Source: Candidatus Zixiibacteriota bacterium (GTDB taxonomy: Bacteria; Zixibacteria; MSB-5A5; GN15; FEB-12). From it: DNA of 64,000 nt. Each line of letters begins with the position of its first letter. The stretch's first letter is position 1. Below the pieces are notes generated by a model. The model worked only from the letters and a program-made list of their open reading frames with translations. It did not search any database and was not told the origin of the DNA. Made by a program: the position numbers and the translations under genes. This document shows, in pieces, positions 56,485-62,745 of the stretch. The stretch lies in contig CP070674.1 in the NCBI GenBank assembly GCA_020351995.1, positions 3,533,169 to 3,597,168 of the forward strand. The letters are read 5' to 3'.

Positions 56485-57927
56485 ATGAAGCACTATTTAG
56501 TGTCGTGTTGCGTGATGACATTCGCGATCATGGGGTTGGCAGTAGCAACAGCCGCAGATGATTCAGGTAGTGGGACGAGTTGGCAGTTGAAGCTGGAACG
56601 ACTGGGTGAGTTGATTTACTTCGATGAGAGACTTTCTGAGCCCAATGGCCAGTCGTGTGCCAGTTGCCACCTGCCGGAGGCCGGGTTCGACGATCCCGAC
56701 AATAATCTGCCGGTTTCGGAGGGCGTTATACCAGGCCGGTTCGGCAATCGCAACAGTCCCATCACGGCATATGCCATGTTTAGTCCCGACTTTCATTACG
56801 ACGAAGTTGAGGGCCTCTACGTGGGTGGGCAGTTCTGGGACGGTCGAGCAGTCGACCTCGTTGAGCAAGCTAAAGGGCCGTTTCTCAACCCGCTCGAAAT
56901 GAACAACAGCGACAAAAGTGAGGTAATCAGAGACATACTCTGCGGCGATTATGCCGATCTGTTCCTTCGCTGCTATTACCACTTTGTGGGCCCTCCCTAC
57001 GGTGCGCCTGCGTTGGTGCACAATCCCAACAAAGCGTACGATTTTGTAGCGGAGGCCATTGCCGCCTTTGAACGAACGGAGTTGTTCGGACAATTTTCGT
57101 CGAAGTATGACTGTTACCTGGCAGGGCGCGACGTATTGACCGAGCAGGAGTTGCGGGGCCTTGAGCTCTATGAAGGAAAGGCGCAATGCAATCTCTGTCA
57201 TCCCAATCGCCCGGGCGACGATGGGTCGCCAGCGCTGTTTACGGACTTCACGTACGACAATCTTGGCGTTCCCAAAAACTGGGATAATCCATTTCTTTAC
57301 CTGCCCCCGGAGTTCAATCCGGACGGTGTAAACTTCATCGATTACGGGCTCGGGGGTGTACTGGGTCTTCCCGAGGAAATGGGAAAACACAAGGTGATGA
57401 CACTGCGGAATATCGCTGTCAGCGATCCGTATCTGCACAACGGTTATTACAAAACCTTGCGTGAGGTCGTCTGGTTTTACAACGCCCGTGATGTTGACGA
57501 TACGATTCCTGATCCCGAGGTTCCGGAAAATGTCAACGACACCGAACTCGGCAATCTGGGTTTGACCGATGATGAAGTCGATGACGTGGTTGCGTTCCTG
57601 CAGACGTTAACGGATGGATACAAGCATGGACCGAGCGCGAAGCTGGCCCAGGACCAGCTTCCCAACACCTCCGTCCTGAGGCAAAACTATCCTAATCCGT
57701 TTAACCCGACCACGGAAATCGCATTCACTCTTCCAAGGGCCGCTCATGTGAAGCTGGAAGTATTCAATATCATGGGTCAGAGAGTCGAGACTCTGATTAA
57801 CCGCTACATGGAAGCAGGTGAACATACCGCCAGCTTTGATGCCAGCGGAATGGCCACTGGAATGTACGTCTACCGCTTACAGGCCGGTGGCATCGTCGAG
57901 TCAAAGAAGATGCTGATGGTTAAGTAG
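56485..57927 (+). CDS. Di-haem cytochrome c peroxidase (CCP/MauG family) with T9SS C-terminal sorting domain
   Basis: The start is trimmed to MKHYLVS at 56485, where the signal peptide begins. Haem sites are CASCH and CNLCH. The CCP motif is LRNIAVSDPYLHNGYYKTLREVVWFY. The tail is NYPNPFNPTT...GMYVYRL...KKMLMVK. Confidence 0.85.
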   Translation: MKHYLVSCCVMTFAIMGLAVATAADDSGSGTSWQLKLERLGELIYFDERLSEPNGQSCASCHLPEAGFDDPDNNLPVSEGVIPGRFGNRNSPITAYAMFSPDFHYDEVEGLYVGGQFWDGRAVDLVEQAKGPFLNPLEMNNSDKSEVIRDILCGDYADLFLRCYYHFVGPPYGAPALVHNPNKAYDFVAEAIAAFERTELFGQFSSKYDCYLAGRDVLTEQELRGLELYEGKAQCNLCHPNRPGDDGSPALFTDFTYDNLGVPKNWDNPFLYLPPEFNPDGVNFIDYGLGGVLGLPEEMGKHKVMTLRNIAVSDPYLHNGYYKTLREVVWFYNARDVDDTIPDPEVPENVNDTELGNLGLTDDEVDDVVAFLQTLTDGYKHGPSAKLAQDQLPNTSVLRQNYPNPFNPTTEIAFTLPRAAHVKLEVFNIMGQRVETLINRYMEAGEHTASFDASGMATGMYVYRLQAGGIVESKKMLMVK

Positions 57928-57955
57928 GATCAGCTATCCAACACGAGCAGAAGAA

Positions 57956-57985
57956 GGCTCCGGACTGTTATCCGGAGCCTTTCTC
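57956..57985 (+). terminator. Intrinsic terminator
   Basis: GGCTCCGG-actgttat-CCGGAGCC followed by TTTCTC. Confidence 0.7.
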
Positions 57986-58001
57986 ATATCTGTTGCCCTG
58001 T

Positions 58002-58122
58002 CCCTCCGGTAACCTTAACCGTAGATACGTCTACAGAAGCCCGTTATTAATTCGTGTAACCTATTACAATGCCATAAAAAAGCTCCCCCGGCCCGCCATC
58101 GGCGGACGCCCCGCTGATTAAT
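58002..58122 (+). repeat. Composite intergenic repeat, copy R5 (full)
   Basis: CCCTCCGGTAACCTTAA - 36 nt variable - TGTAACCTATTACAATGCCATAAAAAAGCTCCCCCGG - hairpin CCGCC/GGCGG - CGCCCCGCTGATTAAT. Confidence 0.8.
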
Positions 58123-58212
58123 AAAGTCCTGGGAAGACTCTACATTCTGTGTCAAAGGAAATGCATCGCGGTCAGATCTGAAGAATGGGTGGTGCGTCCT
58201 GTCGGATTTCGT

Positions 58213-59040
58213 TCAGGTCCATGAATCTCCCAATTCTCCAACGGCGGACAATGCCACCGATACGATATCACGAGGAATCGAGAAGTACTTCTCTATGGCC
58301 GCGGGGAGCTCATCCAGCCCCGAAAGCTCATCTATGGAATAGTCTGTTCCCACCGATTTGATTATCGACAGATTGTGAATCATCGTGGAACGATTCGGAT
58401 AGTAGCGAACCAGAAGAACCGAGTTCATGAATGTCTGGCCATCACGAAATGAATTCCGAATAGTCTTCTCGAAGTATTGGATATGACGAGGGGTCGGCTT
58501 GACGGTGTAACCGTGCCTGAGTTGTCCTTCTCTAAACATCTGCATACAGGAGTTCCCGTTTTCGTCTCTGGGACGGAGTCTGTACGAATCGCGACCCAGT
58601 TCAATAACGAAGTCCTCATTCAAGTCGAGTGGCATTGGCACCAGGAATGGCGCGGCATAACCAACATCTATCAAATATTCCTTACCATCCAGTCTAACGA
58701 TATTGGTCAGGTGGACATCGGGGTTATTCATGTCGGCGCCGCACAACTTGGCGTCGTACCCCAGGTGAGTGAGCAGCCGATGCAGATAGTAATTGTTCGA
58801 GTAGCAGGTACCTCCGAAGTGGTACTGTTCGATACCGCCGACGTAGGTCTCCAGATCCGGTATGAAACGCAGACCGTCGCGCCGCAGGTAATAAAGCTTA
58901 GAGATGTTTTCGAATGGCACCCGGGTTACGAAAGCCATGACCAATTGCTCCAGGGTTCCAAGGGTCGGTGTCGGGTGCTCCAGGCCGAGCAGACGCATCA
59001 GGCGATTGAGGGTAGAGGCCACTTCGGGATCGTTTGACAT
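58213..59040 (-). CDS. Arylamine N-acetyltransferase (NAT) family protein
   Basis: VPFENISKLYY, GGTCYSNNYYL (catalytic Cys context) and HLTNIVRLDGKEYLIDVGY. The start is trimmed to MSNDP at 59040, because the TTG extension runs into repeat R6. Confidence 0.8.
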   Translation of the reverse strand: MSNDPEVASTLNRLMRLLGLEHPTPTLGTLEQLVMAFVTRVPFENISKLYYLRRDGLRFIPDLETYVGGIEQYHFGGTCYSNNYYLHRLLTHLGYDAKLCGADMNNPDVHLTNIVRLDGKEYLIDVGYAAPFLVPMPLDLNEDFVIELGRDSYRLRPRDENGNSCMQMFREGQLRHGYTVKPTPRHIQYFEKTIRNSFRDGQTFMNSVLLVRYYPNRSTMIHNLSIIKSVGTDYSIDELSGLDELPAAIEKYFSIPRDIVSVALSAVGELGDSWT

Positions 59041-59056
59041 ATTCGTGCTAATATGG

Positions 59057-59130
59057 CTCTGTAACCCGTTAGTATGCAATAAAAAAGCTTCCCGGGGTCC
59101 GACATCGGCGGGACGACTCGCTGATTAACA
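59057..59130 (+). repeat. Composite intergenic repeat, copy R6 (right half only)
   Basis: CTCTGTAACCCGTTAGTATGCAATAAAAAAGCTTCCCGGGG - degenerate hairpin - CGACTCGCTGATTAACA. Box L and the variable segment are absent. Confidence 0.7.
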
Positions 59131-59149
59131 GTTGTTTCATCATATACGC

Positions 59150-59176
59150 ATTGGGGAGGCATTACGCCTCCCCAAT
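59150..59176. other. Perfect 11-bp hairpin just downstream of the RNHCP stop
   Basis: ATTGGGGAGGC-attac-GCCTCCCCAAT. There is no U-tract on either strand, so it may be an RNA-stabilising or termination hairpin. Confidence 0.4.
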
Positions 59177-59180
59177 CCAC

Positions 59181-59492
59181 TTAACAGGATAGTGATATAA
59201 CCATTTCCCAGTCGTCTGGTTGTTCGGTCATGTCGGCAATGCGATTTGTGCTATGCGCCCCGCACTTATCACACTTATGAACGATCTGGTAACCCTTGCG
59301 AGCATGGTGAATGATCTTTAGAGGTTTCATTAGTCCTCCGCAATCACTTGACCTGTCTCCAGGGTGGGTGTCCACGTGAAGAGAGTACAGGCATTTTGGG
59401 CAGTGGTTTCTATAACTGCCGTTTGTGCATTTGACGACATTCAAACCGCAGTTAAGGCACACAAATCCTGTGTTTTCTTTTTTCTGAGACAT
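59181..59492 (-). CDS. RNHCP-domain zinc-ribbon protein
   Basis: 103 aa. It carries the literal RNHCPKC motif plus the additional Cys pairs CLNC and CDKC. The RBS AAGGAGG lies upstream. Confidence 0.8.
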   Translation of the reverse strand: MSQKKENTGFVCLNCGLNVVKCTNGSYRNHCPKCLYSLHVDTHPGDRSSDCGGLMKPLKIIHHARKGYQIVHKCDKCGAHSTNRIADMTEQPDDWEMVISLSC

Positions 59493-59912
59493 TACCTACC
59501 TCCTTGAAAGTTGTTGGTTCACTTTCGAAGAAGGCAGGGTTCCGTATGTTCTTCCCCGGGTGGGGTATCCGGCTCGAATTGCCTATTTACCGATTCACCG
59601 CCGTTCCTTTAGGGTCAGCGATTACTTTCCGTTCCAGCTTCATCAGGGCCTGTTTCATCCCCGAATCCGGACCTCGACCGGTTTTGTTACTTTTTGCCGG
59701 CCACTGTAATGCGGGATTTACCCACATTCCACGGATAGGTTTAGTGCAATCTCACGGACGTTGGCGTCGTCCCCTGTCAGGAATGTCTCTTGAATACATG
59801 TGGTATTTTCACAGTATTCTCCTACGAGTTAAGAGACAAATAGGTTAACAGAAATATGCACCGACGCTGGTGCGAGATAGCGAAACAGATTTTTGAAGGG
59901 CTCATTTCATGG
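59493..59912 (-). promoter_or_regulatory. Unusually long (~420-nt) GC-rich 5' leader of the RNHCP gene; candidate structured cis-regulatory RNA
   Basis: It lies between a consensus promoter and the RBS. It has no credible ORF and many short complementary GC segments. Confidence 0.4.
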
Positions 59913-59918
59913 GGAAGC

Positions 59919-59947
59919 AGTATACACAATTCGGTTTGAATTGTCAA
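59919..59947 (-). promoter_or_regulatory. Sigma70-type promoter
   Basis: On the minus strand: TTGACA-17 nt-TATACT. Confidence 0.65.
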
Positions 59948-59987
59948 GGGGGGCGATTGAGCCGGAATAACCCACGGACAATCTTTG

Positions 59988-60018
59988 CAGCCCGTTACAA
60001 TTCAATAAAAAAGCTCCC
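59988..60018 (+). repeat. Composite intergenic repeat, copy R7 (31-nt fragment of box R)
   Basis: CAGCCCGTTACAATTCAATAAAAAAGCTCCC. The sequence diverges on both sides. Confidence 0.4.
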
Positions 60019-60107
60019 GATATTGGACGAAATATGCAACTCGCTTCTGAAGCCGGAGATTGAGACTCTGGCTAAGCAGCTAAGGGAATTAATGATAGCG
60101 TGAGGCA

Positions 60108-60135
60108 TTGACAAAAAGCGGAATTGTAGTATATA
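60108..60135 (+). promoter_or_regulatory. Sigma70-type promoter
   Basis: TTGACA-16 nt-TATATA. Confidence 0.6.
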
Positions 60136-60266
60136 GAAATATATACACATCTCGCGTCGGCATTGGATAGCGTCAGTAGCAGGTCTATTCAAGTTAATCA
60201 TCACCAAGTCATATCATCAGATTGGTACCTGCAAAGGCGTTGAAACTCACTCCTGGGAGGCTTATC
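60136..60266 (+). promoter_or_regulatory. Conserved ~130-nt 5' leader (family member C)
   Basis: ACACATCTCGCG...AGTAGCAGGT-(TCATC/TCAT motifs)-ACCTGC...GGGAGGCTTATCATG. Confidence 0.5.
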
Positions 60267-61601
60267 ATGAAAAGGTCAATTACACTTGCGGCATTGTTGA
60301 CGCTGTTTCTGGCGACCTCGGGGGAACCGGCGGAGCCGCTTTTCAGCGACCCGGAGAATTACGCAGTGGGAGATGGTCCCGAATCGGTCATCGCTGCTGA
60401 TCTTGACGGCGACGGCGACGCTGATCTGGCCGTGGTCAATGGCAACTCCGGCTATGTCTCCGTCCTGGAAAACAACGGCGACGGAGCGTTTGCTACTGCT
60501 CTGACTTATGAGGTTGGGGGTATGCCTCGGTCTATCTGTTCGTCCGACCTTGACGGCGACGGCGACATTGACTTGGCCGTGGCCAATCAATTTTCCGGCG
60601 ATGTCTCCATCCTGAAAAACAACGGTGACGGTACCTTTGTCGACGCGGTCAATTACGCAGGCGGAGGATCAGTTGTCTCTATCTCTGCCGCTGACCTTGA
60701 TGGGGACGGTGACACGGATCTGGCCGCAGCCAATTATTACTCCTCCAATGTCTCCATCCTGAAGAATAACGGCGACGGGACGTTTGCCGCCGTTCTGACT
60801 TATGGGACGGGGTATCGCCCGTTTTCGGTCGGTTCATCAGATTTTGACGGTGACGGCGATGTCGATCTGGCCGTGGCCAATGAATTTTCCGGCGATGTCT
60901 CCATCCTGAAAAACAACGGTGACGGTACCTTTGTCGACGCGGTCAATTACGCAATCGGGCCGGTAGCTCTTGCTGTTTGTGCCTCCGACTTTGATGCGGA
61001 TGGTGATGCGGACCTGGCCGTGACCGATGGTTTTCTCAACAGCGTCTCCGTCCTTAGAAACAACGGTGACGGGACCTTTGTCTCTTCCCTGAATTACCCG
61101 GTTGGCAGTATTCCTCGTTCCGTCTTTGCCTCCGACCTTGATGGCGACGCGGATGCCGATCTCGCCGTGGCCAATCTTGGTTCCGACAATGTTTCTGTCT
61201 TATTAAACAACGGCGACGGGACGTTTCTTCCAGCCATGAACTATGCAGCAGGAGATGCTCCAAAAGCTGTATTTGCGTCTGACCTTGACGGCGACGGCGA
61301 CAATGATTTGGCCGTGGCCAATTATGATGCCAACACCGTTTCTGTACTGACTAATCTGACTCCCTCTTTACAGTCTCCATACCGGTGCCGGGTACGTGGC
61401 GATGTCAACCGCAATCACAGCGTAGACATTCTTGACATCGATTACTTCATAGAATGGCTACACCGTGGGGGACCCGCTCCGGTTTGTCTTGAAGAAGCCG
61501 ACGTGGATGGTAACCGTCAGCAGGATATTCTGGATATCGATTACATGGTCGACTGGCTGTTCCGCGGTGGGCCGGAGTTGGTGCCGTGCCCAAAGACCTG
61601 A
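60267..61601 (+). CDS. FG-GAP/VCBS-repeat protein with C-terminal dockerin-like module
   Basis: The start is trimmed to MKRSITL at 60267. It is a paralog of 36954-38279, with repeats DLDGDGDxDLAVAN...VSILKNNGDGTF and dockerin-like DVNRNHSVDILD and DVDGNRQQDILD. Confidence 0.85.
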   Translation: MKRSITLAALLTLFLATSGEPAEPLFSDPENYAVGDGPESVIAADLDGDGDADLAVVNGNSGYVSVLENNGDGAFATALTYEVGGMPRSICSSDLDGDGDIDLAVANQFSGDVSILKNNGDGTFVDAVNYAGGGSVVSISAADLDGDGDTDLAAANYYSSNVSILKNNGDGTFAAVLTYGTGYRPFSVGSSDFDGDGDVDLAVANEFSGDVSILKNNGDGTFVDAVNYAIGPVALAVCASDFDADGDADLAVTDGFLNSVSVLRNNGDGTFVSSLNYPVGSIPRSVFASDLDGDADADLAVANLGSDNVSVLLNNGDGTFLPAMNYAAGDAPKAVFASDLDGDGDNDLAVANYDANTVSVLTNLTPSLQSPYRCRVRGDVNRNHSVDILDIDYFIEWLHRGGPAPVCLEEADVDGNRQQDILDIDYMVDWLFRGGPELVPCPKT

Positions 61602-62482
61602 TCAAACCCGGACCATATGAGGTCGGTTATCTGGAAATGCGGGTCGATCTTGACTCCTCCATCATACTTTTGAATGAGGATTTCAGAACCGTCACGGTGG
61701 CAGTATGGTATCCCGACGTCAAGAAAAGCAGGAACCTGATCAAGAAAGAGGTTCCCGCGCGGTTCCCAGTTATAGTGCTATGTCCCGGTGCCGAGGCCGG
61801 GCTCGATGTTTATATGATTCTGACCGGATATCTGTCGAGTTACGGGTTTATCGTAGCGACCTTCCCGTCTTCCGCCGATCAGTATACTTACGGACGGGAG
61901 ATCTACCTCTGGGAATTCAGGCAATTGCAGCAGGAGTATCTGAAAATTGCCGCGACCAGGGCGGGCAACATGAATATCGCCGATCCCGATCGGATGGCAG
62001 TCATGGGCCACAGCTACGGTGGTCCGGCGGCCATTTTGTTCGCCCTGTCGGATGAGAAAGTTGATGCCGTGGTCAGCCTGGACGGCACCGATATCTGCCG
62101 CGGTTATACGGCCAAGATGGCCGAGCAGTTCCCGGCCTATAACCCTGCAAATCTTCGCGATCCCTTTTTGCTTATTCTCGCCGATGCCAGTTACTGCATC
62201 GGTGAGAAACGCAGCCTCGACTTTTTCGAAGGCATTACCGGGACCGATGCCTGTATCGTGGAGCTATTCAAATTCGGACATGAACATTTCGGCTACACGC
62301 CTTCTTTCAACGCCGATCCTGAGGTCAAACAAAGCTTCGAAATAGCCTGTTTGTACCTGCTTAACTTTTTCAAGGCCCACCTCTATGGTGATGTCGCGGC
62401 CAATGACTGGCTGCTGAAATCGCCCGAAGAACTCGGTCTACCGAAGGAATTGTTTGCGCTGAAGCGAAAGATGAACGAATAA
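61586..62482 (+). CDS. Alpha/beta-hydrolase (dienelactone hydrolase / PAF-acetylhydrolase-like)
   Basis: 298 aa with the nucleophile elbow GHSYGG. The GTG start overlaps the upstream gene by 16 nt, and the start is uncertain. Confidence 0.7.
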   Translation: MPKDLIKPGPYEVGYLEMRVDLDSSIILLNEDFRTVTVAVWYPDVKKSRNLIKKEVPARFPVIVLCPGAEAGLDVYMILTGYLSSYGFIVATFPSSADQYTYGREIYLWEFRQLQQEYLKIAATRAGNMNIADPDRMAVMGHSYGGPAAILFALSDEKVDAVVSLDGTDICRGYTAKMAEQFPAYNPANLRDPFLLILADASYCIGEKRSLDFFEGITGTDACIVELFKFGHEHFGYTPSFNADPEVKQSFEIACLYLLNFFKAHLYGDVAANDWLLKSPEELGLPKELFALKRKMNE

Positions 62483-62555
62483 GCCGGTGACAGTTGAAGT
62501 AGGTCGGGTTCCGATTCCATGAAAATACGATTGTGAGAAACCCGACATCCTTCCT

Positions 62556-62706
62556 GCTCCTGCCCTACAATTCTACCCCGCCCCTTCGGTAACCTCAACC
62601 ACAGCTAACACCACAGAAACCCACCACCAATTCTTGTAACCTGTTACAATGCAATAAAAAAGCTCCCCCGGTCCCGCTGGAAGCGGGACGACCCGCTGAT
62701 TAACAG
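62556..62706 (+). repeat. Composite intergenic repeat, copy R8 (full, closest to consensus)
   Basis: GCTCCTGCCCTAC...CCCCTTCGGTAACCTCAA - 36 nt variable - TGTAACCTGTTACAATGCAATAAAAAAGCTCCCCCGG - hairpin GTCCCGC/GCGGGAC - GACCCGCTGATTAACAG. Confidence 0.8.
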
Positions 62707-62745
62707 TCAAAGGGGAAGATCAGACTTTTCTGCAAGAGGCTGGCT

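Noticed and set aside
59504-59848. The 114-aa plus-strand ORF, and the 64-aa ORF at 59909-60103, as possible genes. Also B12-box-like (GAGCCGGATACCCCACC) and TPP-like (CGTGAGA...AACCTATCCG) strings on the minus strand as riboswitch calls.
   Set aside because: The ORFs have no RBS, an odd composition, and lie antisense to a promoter-to-RBS leader. The riboswitch-like strings are partial, wrongly spaced, and lack the other conserved aptamer elements. Only a generic long-leader call is made.
50478-62640. CRISPR-like reading: the 35-37-nt variable segments flanked by conserved sequence resemble spacers.
   Set aside because: The units are 1-2.5 kb apart with genes between them. The left and right flanks are different sequences. 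There are no tandem repeat-spacer units and no cas genes in the window.
62589-62648. IS200/IS605 (IS608-type) end signature: TCAA at the end of box L and TTAC inside box R, plus nearby hairpins. This would suggest TnpA-mobilised units or PATE-like elements.
   Set aside because: The tetranucleotides are too short to be meaningful. No tnpA or tnpB gene is present. The hairpins next to box L are ordinary gene terminators with different sequences. The idea is kept only as something a recombinase or transposase search could test.
50462-62706. Classifying the repeats as integron attC sites.
   Set aside because: The two conserved flanks are not inverse complements of each other, so there is no R''/R' or L''/L' pairing. 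No RYYYAAC...GTTRRRY core pair is present; the closest strings (GTTGAGG, GATTAAC) miss the consensus. No intI-like gene is in the window. The cassette-like layout is kept as an analogy only.
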